A stretch of DNA of 53,534 bases from Promethearchaeati archaeon (lineage in GTDB: Archaea > Asgardarchaeota > Heimdallarchaeia > Heimdallarchaeales > Heimdallarchaeaceae), in the NCBI GenBank assembly GCA_013166775.1, contig JABLTJ010000023.1:1-53534 (forward strand), read 5' to 3'. The translations under genes were made by a program, and so were the position numbers. The notes beneath the pieces were generated by a model, which ran no database searches, was not told where the DNA came from, and saw nothing but the letters and a program-made list of their open reading frames with translations. Shown one piece after another: positions 38,401-48,170 of the stretch (position 1 is its first letter; each line of letters starts with the position of its first letter).

Positions 38401-40680
38401 TCTCCCCACTTCCATCAAAGCAACAGGTTTTCCTTCATTATCAAGAATAATAGAAGAGCTTAACTCTGCAGGAAAACTGCTCCCATCCTTTCGAAGTAAT
38501 GTATACTCTCTACTTCCATTTTGAGGGGAAGTATAAGGATTATTTAAGCTATCTATAATCTTATCTTGATCCTCCATCGATGTGAATTCCTTAATATTTG
38601 CTCCAATTAGCTCCTCTGCTTTCTCCACTCCATGCATTTTAGCTGCTCGTTCATTCGCTAGAATGATATTTCCATTCAAATCAGCAAGGATAATTGAATC
38701 TGGAGATGTATCTATTAATTTTCTATATCTTTCCTCACTCTCTTGTAATGCCTTTTGCATCTCTCTGCGTTCTGTTACATCCTCTGCAGAACCTAAAAGC
38801 TGGATGATTTTTCCTTCCTCATCTTTTATAGCTATATTTCTAAAAGCTAAAGTTCTTTCTTTTCCTTTTTTAGTTTCAATTTTTATTTCTATATATTCAG
38901 TTGGCTTTGTTATTCCTGCCATAACTTGTTGAAAATTAAATTTAAGCTCATCACGTATATTTTCTGGGTAAATCACATCAAACCAATTCTTACCTAGAAG
39001 ATCTTCTTCAGAATACCCCAAAATCTTTGTTAATTTTTTGTTAATGAAAGCTGTTGTCTCATCAGAATTAATTATCGAAAAAATCACTCCAGCATTATCT
39101 AAATATTGCTGGATTCTTTCCTTCTCATTTTGTAATTCAATCTGACTTTTCTTTAACGCCATTAACGCTTTTTCTCTCTCTGTTATATCTAAAGAAATTC
39201 CTCCAACATATCTTTTTTCTCCCTTGATAGTTATTGGGAATTTATAAGATTGGAAAATAAGATCTTCATCTCCTGATTTCCGATCTATTCTAGTCGAAAT
39301 CTGTGTTCCTTTCTCTAAAATCTCTTGATCCTCTTTTATTTCCCGTTCTGCTTCTTCAGGAGGAAGAAATTCTCCTACAGATTTTCCAATAAATTCTTCC
39401 TTTGCAAAATCTTTAGATAAAAATGCACTCACATGTACATAACGACTATCTTTGTCTTTAATATAAGCAACACTTGGTATTTGCTCCATATATGATGAAA
39501 GAAGCTCTTCTCTTTCTGTTAATTCTTCCTTTGCTTTTTCTAATTCAGTAATATCAATTCCAACTCCCCCAATTAATGAAGGTTTATCTTTTCTTTTTAT
39601 GGGGAATTTGTATGTTTGAAAGATTCTGTCTAGTCCATCTCTCTGTACTGTAGTTTCTGTAATGATAGTTCTATCTTCCTTAATAATTGTCTGATTCTCA
39701 AAATCTTTATCTTCTGCCACGCCCGATGGGAAAAGCTCTTGTGAAATTTTCCCTTTTACATCATCAGCTCCATATTTCTCTTTCATAAACCTATTAATGT
39801 AAATTACTTTTCCCTCTTTATCTTTAATAAAAGCTATAGCTGGTAAATTATCCATAAACAAAGAAAATTTCTCTTCACTCTCTTGAAGTGCTTCTTCTGC
39901 TTGTTGTTGTTCTGTAATATCTATGCTTACTCCACCAACTAAAGTACTTTTACCTTCTCTTTTAATGGGAAATTTATACGTTCGGAAAATTCTTCTTTCA
40001 TCATTTATTATTCTCTCTCCTAGATAAACTTGAGGTCCTTGGGACAATGTCAATCTATCTTCTTCTTTGGCGATTATTCCTACTTCGGTTCCAAAGATAT
40101 CTTCAGCTGTCTTCCCAGTTGAAAGCTCTAATCCATATTGTTTTGTTGTAAACTCATTTGAGAAGACAATAGATCCATCTTCATCTTTCATAAATGCTGC
40201 TGCTGGAAGATTTTGCATGAATAAGGAAAATTTCTCTTCAGTTTCCTTTAATGCTTTTGATGCATGTTTGTGTTCGGCGATTGTCCTAATGTGATGAATT
40301 AGCACAGTATATTGACTTCTTGTGTCAACTCCTTTCTTAATATAATAATCTGCACCAAGATTCAGAGCTTCTATTACTACCTCTTCCCTGCTTCTTCCAG
40401 TAAAGATTATGAATGGGATGTCATAATTTTTCTTTTTGAGTTGACTTAGAATATCTAAACCATCCATTTCAGGCATTAAATAGTCACAAAGAATAACATC
40501 ATAATGCTTATCCTCTAGTCTTTTGAAGATTTCTTGAGGTTTGGAAAGGTGTTCAAAAATAATTTCTCCTCCAGTAGCATTTTCTACGTATTCCTTTGTC
40601 AAAAAGAGAAAATCTTCTTCATCATCTACGTGTAAAACAAATATTTTTTCTTGATTATTAAGAGTAGGTGAATTCTCCAT
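35458..40680 (-). CDS. Hybrid sensor kinase: REC, about 11 PAS/PAC, HisKA and HATPase
   Basis: VLHVDDE...CDYLMP; eleven E(E/x)KF/Y...D(I/V)(T/S)E modules; MAHDIRN; NLLENAVKHG. Start MENSP preferred. Confidence 0.92.
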   Translation of the reverse strand: MENSPTLNNQEKIFVLHVDDEEDFLFLTKEYVENATGGEIIFEHLSKPQEIFKRLEDKHYDVILCDYLMPEMDGLDILSQLKKKNYDIPFIIFTGRSREEVVIEALNLGADYYIKKGVDTRSQYTVLIHHIRTIAEHKHASKALKETEEKFSLFMQNLPAAAFMKDEDGSIVFSNEFTTKQYGLELSTGKTAEDIFGTEVGIIAKEEDRLTLSQGPQVYLGERIINDERRIFRTYKFPIKREGKSTLVGGVSIDITEQQQAEEALQESEEKFSLFMDNLPAIAFIKDKEGKVIYINRFMKEKYGADDVKGKISQELFPSGVAEDKDFENQTIIKEDRTIITETTVQRDGLDRIFQTYKFPIKRKDKPSLIGGVGIDITELEKAKEELTEREELLSSYMEQIPSVAYIKDKDSRYVHVSAFLSKDFAKEEFIGKSVGEFLPPEEAEREIKEDQEILEKGTQISTRIDRKSGDEDLIFQSYKFPITIKGEKRYVGGISLDITEREKALMALKKSQIELQNEKERIQQYLDNAGVIFSIINSDETTAFINKKLTKILGYSEEDLLGKNWFDVIYPENIRDELKFNFQQVMAGITKPTEYIEIKIETKKGKERTLAFRNIAIKDEEGKIIQLLGSAEDVTERREMQKALQESEERYRKLIDTSPDSIILADLNGNIILANERAAKMHGVEKAEELIGANIKEFTSMEDQDKIIDSLNNPYTSPQNGSREYTLLRKDGSSFPAELSSSIILDNEGKPVALMEVGRDITQRKKDELEIIESEEKYRLLFDRANDIILVHKLASGLQKSFIVDANERACELLEYDKEELTSISTNRIDSDKVWEETQVIPEVREEMKLKGYATFERILISKTGKLIPTEASSHIVKIKGEDLVLSIFRDISERKEAEEALKESEEKYRSFVQSFDGIAFRGTVDFKAQFFHGAVKEITGYTEKDFVENGITWNKIIHPEDLHLPQAISYELDNTPNFSDTMEYRIIRKDGEVRWIQQRVQNICDKEGKPSLVQGTLYDITEQKKIEKEIIEREEKFRLLFQNANDAIYLYSISDSGLPSNFIEVNDIASKMLGYTREEFLSMGPRNISSPEILLKMSDIMKEILEKENLTFDATHVSKDGKEIPVEISSQVFELEERKMMLSIVRDVSERVLATKELRKSENLYKTIFEAVGTANAISSADGTIKLVNSKITDLLGYEKDELEEKKWYNMIANEELPRLREYQRIRAQDPKAVPAQYETKVKNKQGNLIDVLVNIKSIPGTTDIIASIMEISEMKKAEEEIKKSEILYRTIFEATGSANAIANENTIIELINSKMEVLSGYSKEEIEGKLSWTLLISEEELERVKEIHRIRMLDSTQVPNQYETRFVTKEGSILDVVLFVDVIPGTKKIIVSVTDISKLKEIEYELKKSEDLYRNLFETTGTANLIFDENTKVKIINSKMESLSGYSKEEIEGKRKWTEFVHPNELERLLEYNRRRIIDPTSAPSQYETRLIAKSGRIIDILISVSKILGTTDFITSLMDISDRKKHENEIIQQKDELSDFAHLMAHDIRNSLSAIEGFIDLIEVKYDSTYVDTINKQLVYMRDLLDRSIELAEAGRVIEKSDDVDLNKLFEDCADLAIPSEITFTHDDLPHIEADMKKLSQIVKNLLENAVKHGKPTKIEVFHEETNEALIIYIQNDGEKIDHKIVKEAFETKFSTKEIGELHGLTIVKKLIDAHDWGICLEKEKEITSFKIAIPK

Positions 40681-40968
40681 TATTAAATCCCTTTTCCAGT
40701 GAATCAATATCTAACTCTATAAGAAAAAATATGCTATACTCATATAAATTACTTATTATGGGGAGTCTGCAATTTTACCGATTTCAAGAGCTATTAGCAA
40801 AATTTCTTATAATTAGGAGTACAATATTATATCAACAAAAGAAGAGGAAATCACTGTCTGTTGATTTTGAGGAATACTTTGGTAAGGAAATTACTCTCAG
40901 AGGTAGAATATCAGATTATTGCTGAAAAATGGGAATGTTTAGAGAAGTGAAGACAAGAAGGTGTTCAA

Positions 40969-41805
40969 GTGCTCGATGAAGATAACATTAATCGTCTTAT
41001 TGAAAGTTTGAAGGATGAAGATTCACATCTAAGGATTTTTACTATTAATTCAATTGTTGATAATAAAGATAGAAAAGAAGCAATCCCAATTTTAATTAAA
41101 CTTCTTTATGACAATGAATCATCTGTAAGAAGCCGTGCTGCTTGGGCATTAGGTAAAATTGGTTCTCTAAAAGCGATGAGTGAATTATTAGAACTGATAA
41201 ACGATCAAAGCAAAGAAGTAAGAAAGAGTGTAATAAGAGCCTTAGGGGATATTCTAGCATTCGATGCTATACCTGAAATAGTTAAAGCTCTTGAAGATGA
41301 AAATTGGGAAGTTAGAGCAGAAACTGCTGTAGTACTTGAGTACTTTGGCTGGGTGCCTTCAAATAGAAACGAGGAGATTTTAAACCTCATTAGCAAAGAA
41401 AAGTGGGAAGAATTACTAAAACTAGAAAATCTTGAAATCCAACAAATATTAGTTTTTCTAAAAGATAATGATAAAGATATTAGAGCCAAATCCGCATGGG
41501 TATTAGGTGAAATAAAAGCATCAAAATCTATTCAACCATTATTTGATTCATTTATGATAGATATAAATCAAGAAGTGAAAGAGAGTTCAGCTAAAGCTTT
41601 AAGTAAAATTGGAGGAAAGGAAGTGGTTGAGTTACTAGTTGTTGCTCTCCATGATCAAGATTGGTATATACGAAAAACAGCAGCTTCAGCTTTAGGTAAT
41701 CTTCAAGATTCTTCATCAATAGAACCACTAAAGAGACTTCTAAATGATGATAATACTTTTGTTAAAAAAACAGCAGAAGAAGCTCTGAAGAAATTTCAAG
41801 AGTGA
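40969..41805 (+). CDS. HEAT (PBS-lyase-like) repeat protein
   Basis: Repeated L.D....VR..AA.ALG.IG units. Confidence 0.88.
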   Translation: MLDEDNINRLIESLKDEDSHLRIFTINSIVDNKDRKEAIPILIKLLYDNESSVRSRAAWALGKIGSLKAMSELLELINDQSKEVRKSVIRALGDILAFDAIPEIVKALEDENWEVRAETAVVLEYFGWVPSNRNEEILNLISKEKWEELLKLENLEIQQILVFLKDNDKDIRAKSAWVLGEIKASKSIQPLFDSFMIDINQEVKESSAKALSKIGGKEVVELLVVALHDQDWYIRKTAASALGNLQDSSSIEPLKRLLNDDNTFVKKTAEEALKKFQE

Positions 41806-41909
41806 AAGAGCCACGAACTGAAATTATTTTGTAGAGATATATTTAAAATATCATATTATTCTGTTAAAAAGATATTATAACGATATTAACACATGATGGT
41901 GAATATGGA

Positions 41910-43193
41910 ATGACAGATTTAAGAGAGAAACTAAAGATTCCAGCAGAGAATTTAGAAGCAATTCAAAAATTCCTTCTGGATGAAAATAATCCATTTACTA
42001 ATGATCTTCTTCAACTCGTTGAAAAGTATGGAGGAGTAACTGAGATAAATAAGAAAAGTCTAGAAGCTCGAAAACTTGAGACAATTTATGAAAAATTATC
42101 AGAAGTAAATCCCAGTTATATTGATGATTTGGAGTGGTTAATTAAACAAAGGGATAAAGAAGCATTCATTAGTGAATCAGAATACAGAAGAAAGATTCTT
42201 GGAAACTCAGTAGATAGAATGACTTTTGATGATTCATTTGCAGTTACATTAGAGCTCTCTGCATGTCAATATTTTCCATTTCTTATTAAAGGTGCTGAGA
42301 AAATTATAGAACAAAGAGATCTCCTACCAGGAAGAATCATTAGAGTAAGAAATATGAGTGAACAAGAAAAGGATGGTGATTTACTCGCAATGACTGCTGC
42401 AGTAGATATTATAGGTGCAACTATAGTTGAAACATTAGACACAAAAGGCACTTCAGCTGGACCAGACGGAATGCCGGTTAATGTTCACCTTGGTGGACCT
42501 GCAACCATCACTGGATATTTTGGAGGAGTTGGGCAACCTAACGAATTTGCATTAAAGTGGGTGGATGAGTTCCTTTATTATTATACTAATTATGGAGTAA
42601 ATGAAGTTCTCAATATAAATCCTGGAACTGTGATTCTAGGGTATCTTCTCTATAAATTGGGAATAGACAATAAATTCAAAATCTCTGTATTTATGGGTAA
42701 TGACAATCCTTATTCAGTTCTATGGACCTTAATGACTGCAAAACTCTTTGCTCGAGAAGATGGTACTTCTCCTTTAATAGGATTCAATCTATCGAACGCT
42801 GTAAATAATTGGACAATTGAGATGAGCTCTAAAATCAGAAATAATTTTGGTTTTGAAGAAGTAGTTAGGTTAGAACATCATATAATCGAAACATGGAAAT
42901 CAATTGTTCGCCAACCTTATGATCGTACAGAAGAACTTGTTGAAATTGCACCAAAAGTTAAGAATATTAGTGCAAAACATGAAGGTGGACCTGTAGCCAT
43001 AGACCAAACTCGAGAACACCCTTCAGATATCTTAGATTACTTTAAAACAAAAGACCAGATTACAGAAGAAGGCTTATGGGATCATCTACTTCAGAATTAC
43101 TTCGATAGACAAACAGCTGTTAATGATACAGCTAAAGCTCTTACAGAAAAAGGCTTATCATTTATAGCAGCTAAAAATCTTCACCATAGATAA
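41910..43193 (+). CDS. Hypothetical protein of unknown function, enzyme-like
   Basis: 427-aa ORF with GGTGA RBS. Gly/His-rich segments (VETLDTKGT, NVHLGGPATITGYFGGVGQPN, SAKHEGG). Confidence 0.75.
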   Translation: MTDLREKLKIPAENLEAIQKFLLDENNPFTNDLLQLVEKYGGVTEINKKSLEARKLETIYEKLSEVNPSYIDDLEWLIKQRDKEAFISESEYRRKILGNSVDRMTFDDSFAVTLELSACQYFPFLIKGAEKIIEQRDLLPGRIIRVRNMSEQEKDGDLLAMTAAVDIIGATIVETLDTKGTSAGPDGMPVNVHLGGPATITGYFGGVGQPNEFALKWVDEFLYYYTNYGVNEVLNINPGTVILGYLLYKLGIDNKFKISVFMGNDNPYSVLWTLMTAKLFAREDGTSPLIGFNLSNAVNNWTIEMSSKIRNNFGFEEVVRLEHHIIETWKSIVRQPYDRTEELVEIAPKVKNISAKHEGGPVAIDQTREHPSDILDYFKTKDQITEEGLWDHLLQNYFDRQTAVNDTAKALTEKGLSFIAAKNLHHR

Positions 43194-43210
43194 ATAAATT
43201 AGGTGAATAC

Positions 43211-44371
43211 ATGAAAGAAATGGCAAATGGGATGCATCGCATTCTTGGTGAAGGTGCATTTGAATATTTAGCCAAAGCTCAAGCTTTAGAACGTGAAGGG
43301 AAGCAAGTACTTCATTTCGAAATTGGACAACCTGATTTTCCTACTCCTGAACACATCAAAGAATCAGCTTATGATTCCATAAGGGATAATTTTACTGGTT
43401 ACGTTGCTGCAACAGGTATTCTGGAACTAAAGGAAGCAATTCAAGAAGAGATAGACTATACTAGAGGTTTCACTCCTGATTTAGATCAAATACTAATACT
43501 TCCAGGAGCTAAACCAGGAATCTTCTTTACCATGTTAGGTTTGGTTAACCCAGGTGAAGAGATAATTTATCCTGATCCTGGTTTTCCTACTTATGGTTCT
43601 GTAGTTAAATATCTGAATGCTGGAGATGTTCCTATAGCTTTGAAGGAAGAAAACGAATTCAGGTTAAATCCAGAAGATATAGAGAGTAAAATCACTTCAA
43701 AAACTAAGTTGATAATCCTAAATAGTCCTCAAAATCCTACCGGTTCAGTTATGACACAAAGGGAAATTGATAGAATCGCTGAATTAGCTGAAAAACATGA
43801 AATTTACATTTTGTCTGATGAGATATATTCGAAAATGCTATATGATGCAGAATTTAACTCACCTTCGGTGAGAGATGAATCAAAGGAAAGAACGATAATC
43901 TTAGATGGTTTTTCTAAATCCTATTCAATGACTGGTTGGCGATTGGGTTATTTAGTGGGACCTAAACCTGTTATAGAAAAAATGGGTTTACTCATGATTA
44001 ATGCTCTCTCCTGTACAACCTCCTTTGTGCAAAAAGCAGGAATTACAGCTTTAAAAGGAGATCAAGAACCACTTTTTGAGATGATGAGACAATTTAGAAT
44101 AAGACGTGATGCGATTGTTAAGGGACTCAATAGTATTCCTAATTTCTCGTGTCTAACACCTGAAGGAGCATTCTATACTTTTCCAAATATTAAGAAAACA
44201 GATATGACCTCTAGAGATGTGGCAGATCATCTTCTCTATGAAGCAGGAGTGTGTTGTCTCCCAGGTTCTTCCTTTGGTCCAAGTGGTGAAGGATATATTA
44301 GATTTAGTTATGCTACTTCAGTTGAAATCATAAATGAAGCAGTACAGAAAATAAAGGAATCCTTTTCCTAA
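43211..44371 (+). CDS. Class I/II PLP aminotransferase (aspartate aminotransferase-like)
   Basis: EIGQPDFPTP, LNSPQNPTG, SDEIY, GFSKSYSMTGWRLG, IRFSYA. Confidence 0.93.
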   Translation: MKEMANGMHRILGEGAFEYLAKAQALEREGKQVLHFEIGQPDFPTPEHIKESAYDSIRDNFTGYVAATGILELKEAIQEEIDYTRGFTPDLDQILILPGAKPGIFFTMLGLVNPGEEIIYPDPGFPTYGSVVKYLNAGDVPIALKEENEFRLNPEDIESKITSKTKLIILNSPQNPTGSVMTQREIDRIAELAEKHEIYILSDEIYSKMLYDAEFNSPSVRDESKERTIILDGFSKSYSMTGWRLGYLVGPKPVIEKMGLLMINALSCTTSFVQKAGITALKGDQEPLFEMMRQFRIRRDAIVKGLNSIPNFSCLTPEGAFYTFPNIKKTDMTSRDVADHLLYEAGVCCLPGSSFGPSGEGYIRFSYATSVEIINEAVQKIKESFS

Positions 44372-44381
44372 TTTCATTTTC

Positions 44382-45164
44382 TTAGCGTGTATATGTTTCC
44401 ATTATTGTTGAAAGTAAAATAAAAAGTAGTTCTATTGATTCATAACTTGAGATTATTGCAGTAAAATTATTTCCATGAACAGATATTTGATCAATAAATG
44501 CTTCCTGTTCACTAATAACTTCATCAATTAGAGTTTCTTCTAAAATCCTTTCTGCAAATTTAGGATCATCCGAACTAACCATATATGTTTGCGAAAACAA
44601 TTTCTTTGTTGAAAACATCCTCTCCTCCAATTCTACAATTTCTCTTTTTCGAATGCTAAGATAAGCAGGAAATTCAAACTTAAGCTCTGCACTAACTTGG
44701 TACAGATTTTCTCTTTCCATTAATAGAGAAATTCTTTGATAAGAATCAAATTTATGATCTACTGGAAAAGAAAATACAAATCTAGGAAATGTTCCTTTTG
44801 TAATTTCGATTCTGATTGCTCCCATATTTGTCAGTGTGTTAGAGATCTTAGCTGCAAGTGGATCTTCTTCTATTTCCTCAAATCCATATTTCTCATGGTA
44901 TCTCTCTTCAGCTGATTTGATGTGCTTTTGTGCACCTATTCTTCTAATTTCTAAAATAAGCATGAAAATAAACAATACAGTAAGGCCTCCTAATACTGCA
45001 ATAGGAATAATAAATGCTTGCTGATAATTGTATACACTATAGTCTATGATGAACCTTGAAGCTGTAACCACACACCATAAAATTGCTAATATAAAGCTAA
45101 CTAATACATTCGTGGGTTGTTTAATGACCCTTCTGCCAATGAACCACCATCTCATTTTCTTCAT
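44382..45164 (-). CDS. Hypothetical two-TM membrane protein
   Basis: Two N-terminal TMs plus a soluble domain. Confidence 0.7.
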   Translation of the reverse strand: MKKMRWWFIGRRVIKQPTNVLVSFILAILWCVVTASRFIIDYSVYNYQQAFIIPIAVLGGLTVLFIFMLILEIRRIGAQKHIKSAEERYHEKYGFEEIEEDPLAAKISNTLTNMGAIRIEITKGTFPRFVFSFPVDHKFDSYQRISLLMERENLYQVSAELKFEFPAYLSIRKREIVELEERMFSTKKLFSQTYMVSSDDPKFAERILEETLIDEVISEQEAFIDQISVHGNNFTAIISSYESIELLFILLSTIMETYTR

Positions 45165-45280
45165 ATTAGAATAGTAATACTGTTTTTTATACTTTTAGAA
45201 AAACTCAGAAATCTGTCATTCATTAAATTTTTAAACAATCTAGATAATTATCTTCAGTAAATCAAATTAAGGCGAATAAA

Positions 45281-46321
45281 ATGGAATTTAAAATTGCTTT
45301 TATTGGTTTTGGAGTTGTAGGGCAAGGTTTAGCAGAAATATTCGTTGAACAAGAAGCTTTTCTGAAAGAAAAATATAACTTCAATTTCAAAGTAGTAGCC
45401 ATTTCCGACACTGTGAAGGGTTCAGTTTACGATGAAAATGGTTTAGATTTAAAGAATCTCCTTGAACTTGTAAAGTCAACAGGAAAAATCGATAGTTATC
45501 AAGAAGGAATCAAAGGCTGGGATAGCTTAAAGACTATTACAGATACAAATGCTAATCTTATTTTAGAAGTAGCTTGGACTGATCTTAAAACAGGAGAACC
45601 TGCAATGACACATGTTAAAACAGCTTTGAAAAACAAAAAACATGTAGTTATGACAAACAAAGGGCCAATTGCTTTAGCTGTAAGAGAGTTATTAGAAATA
45701 GCGAAGGAAAATAATGTGGAGATGAGATATGAAGGGACAGTATTGAGTGGTACTCCTGCTTTAAATCTTGGTCTTTACAATCTTGCTGGATCAGGAATAA
45801 CTGAAGCTAGAGGAATTGTCAATGGTACAACAAATTATATTCTGACTGAAATGGAAAAGGGACTAAGTTATGAAGATGCTTTGAAACAAGCTCAAGAATT
45901 AGGTTATGCTGAAGCTGATCCCACAGCAGATGTAGAAGGTTATGATGCTTTAGGAAAAATAGTGATTTTAGCTAATACTGTTATGGGTGCAAGTCTGCAC
46001 AAAGACGAACCTCCATGTGAGGGGATAACAAAGATTACAGCTGAAGATATTGTAAAAGCTAAAGATGAAGGTTTTCGATGGAAGTTAATTGCTGGAGCTG
46101 AAATCAAGGATGATGGTTCGGTTGAAGCTTATGTTAAACCTGAAAAAATTCCTCTCGATCATCCATTAGCTAATATAATGGGTCCTACAAATGCACTAAC
46201 TTATACAACTAAATATCTTGGTGATGTAACTATAGTTGGTCCTGGAGCAGGAAGAGCTCCAACGGGTTTTGCACTCTTAACCGACATTCTCGATATTAAT
46301 CGACTTCTTTCAAAGAGCTGA
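45281..46321 (+). CDS. hom: Homoserine dehydrogenase (no ACT domain)
   Basis: GFGVVG, HVVMTNKGP, GIVNGTTNYIL, GYAEADPTADVEGYD, GPGAG. Confidence 0.93.
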   Translation: MEFKIAFIGFGVVGQGLAEIFVEQEAFLKEKYNFNFKVVAISDTVKGSVYDENGLDLKNLLELVKSTGKIDSYQEGIKGWDSLKTITDTNANLILEVAWTDLKTGEPAMTHVKTALKNKKHVVMTNKGPIALAVRELLEIAKENNVEMRYEGTVLSGTPALNLGLYNLAGSGITEARGIVNGTTNYILTEMEKGLSYEDALKQAQELGYAEADPTADVEGYDALGKIVILANTVMGASLHKDEPPCEGITKITAEDIVKAKDEGFRWKLIAGAEIKDDGSVEAYVKPEKIPLDHPLANIMGPTNALTYTTKYLGDVTIVGPGAGRAPTGFALLTDILDINRLLSKS

Positions 46322-46326
46322 TATAA

Positions 46327-48114
46327 ATGGGTTATATGCACAAGTACCTTGATGTAGACCTCTCCTCTGGAAAAATTCATGAAAAGAAATTGGATCAAAA
46401 ATTAGGAGAGAAATATATAGGTGGAAAAGGTTTAGGTGCAAGAATACTCTATGAGGAATTAAAACCGAATATAGATCCCCTAAATCCTAAAAATATAATT
46501 CTCTTTATGACAGGACCTCTTACTGGAACTTCAGTTGTTACATCCGGTAGATGGTGTATAGTGACAAAATCACCTCATACAGGTATCTATCTAGATAGTC
46601 AAATTGGTGGTAAATTTGGTCATCGTCTTAAAAGAGCTGGTTATGATTATCTTCTCGTCAGAGGGAAAGCTGAATCTCCCAGTTACATAAACGTTCATTC
46701 GGAAGGGTCTGAAATACTCTCAGCTTCTGAATACTGGGGAAAAGGGACATTCGAAACAGAAGAAAAACTTAAAGCTAAGCATCCTAAATCTGAAGTAGCG
46801 TCAATAGGTCCTGCAGGAGAAAATCTTGTCACATATGCAAATGTAATGACTGATAAATCTCATATGGCCGGAAGAGGAGGTTCAGGTGCAGTAATGGGCT
46901 CAAAAAATCTTAAAGCTATTGTAGCTGGAGGAGCCTGCAAAATCGATGCTGTGAATGAAAATTTCAAGGAACTGACTAGAGTTTTTAGAACTAAAGTTCA
47001 AAACGATGATGGTGTGAAAAATAGAAACAGAATAGGCACAATGATGTGGGTAAATATGTCCAATCATGGTGGATTTTTACCTACAAGAAATTACCAAAGT
47101 GGTGTTTTTGAGGAAGCTGATTCTATCTCAGGTGAAACTATGCTGGAAAATTATACTTATACAAATAGGGCATGTTATGGTTGTCTGATTGCTTGTGGTA
47201 AAGCTAACAAATTTGAAACAGGAAAATATGCAGGTTTAGATGTTGATGGTCCAGAATATGAAACAACAGCTTTACTAGGATCAAATTGCGGTCTTACTGA
47301 TTTGGTTGCAATTGCAAAAGCAAGTCAGATATGTGATGATTTAGGGATTGATACAATTACCTCAGGTGCAACTATTAGTTTCGCTATGGAATGTGTAGAA
47401 AAAGGTTATTTAGAGCAGAAAGATGTTGATAATCTAGTTTTTGGGAATGATGATGCAGTTCTTCAAATGCTAGAGCTAATAGCAAAGAAAGAAGGTATTG
47501 GAAATTTGTTTGCAGAAGGCAGTAAATCAGCTGCTCTAAAAATAGGTCATGATTCTTCAGATTTTGCAATTCAAGTTAAAGGTAATGAACTTGCAGGTGT
47601 TGAGCCAAGAGGTTCTTGGGGGATGGCTTTAGCTTATTCCACTTCAGATAGAGGAGCATGTCATCAGAGATGTTGGACACCCTCAGCTGAATTAAGAGGG
47701 GATTTACCAAGATTTTCATTTGATGGAGTACCTGAATTTGTTAAAGAATCACAAGATGAAAGAGCTGCTTGTTTTTCTTTAGTATTATGTGATTTCTTAC
47801 CTTTCAATGTTCCAGAAATGGTTGAAATGCTAAACGCTGCAACAGGTTTCTCATACACTCCTGAAAGTTATCTAACTGCTGGGGAAAGAATTTGGAATCA
47901 GACTCGGTTATTCAATACAAGAGAAGGGATAACTGCAAAAGATGATGTACTACCCAAAAGATTTTACAAAGAAAAGATGCCAGAAGGACCTGCTAAAAAC
48001 CAAATAATATCATCCGAGAAACTGGAAAAAGCTAAACAAATTTACTATGAATTGAGAGGATGGGATTCAAACGGAATTCCAAATAATGACACAATAAACA
48101 AACTCGAGATTTAA
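46327..48114 (+). CDS. aor: Tungsten-type aldehyde:ferredoxin oxidoreductase family protein
   Basis: YIGGKGLG, KSPHTG, SIGPAGEN, GRGGSGAVMGSKNLKA, CYGCLIAC, GPEYET, DDLGIDTI, RGACH, YYELRGWD. Confidence 0.93.
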   Translation: MGYMHKYLDVDLSSGKIHEKKLDQKLGEKYIGGKGLGARILYEELKPNIDPLNPKNIILFMTGPLTGTSVVTSGRWCIVTKSPHTGIYLDSQIGGKFGHRLKRAGYDYLLVRGKAESPSYINVHSEGSEILSASEYWGKGTFETEEKLKAKHPKSEVASIGPAGENLVTYANVMTDKSHMAGRGGSGAVMGSKNLKAIVAGGACKIDAVNENFKELTRVFRTKVQNDDGVKNRNRIGTMMWVNMSNHGGFLPTRNYQSGVFEEADSISGETMLENYTYTNRACYGCLIACGKANKFETGKYAGLDVDGPEYETTALLGSNCGLTDLVAIAKASQICDDLGIDTITSGATISFAMECVEKGYLEQKDVDNLVFGNDDAVLQMLELIAKKEGIGNLFAEGSKSAALKIGHDSSDFAIQVKGNELAGVEPRGSWGMALAYSTSDRGACHQRCWTPSAELRGDLPRFSFDGVPEFVKESQDERAACFSLVLCDFLPFNVPEMVEMLNAATGFSYTPESYLTAGERIWNQTRLFNTREGITAKDDVLPKRFYKEKMPEGPAKNQIISSEKLEKAKQIYYELRGWDSNGIPNNDTINKLEI

Positions 48115-48170
48115 ATCAAAATTTGAATTTTAAAAAATGGAAAAATGGAAAGATATATTCCTTTCCTCTA

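Noticed and set aside
40668-40925. 85-aa ORF between the kinase and HEAT genes
   Set aside because: Overlaps the kinase start and the divergent promoter region; no motif.
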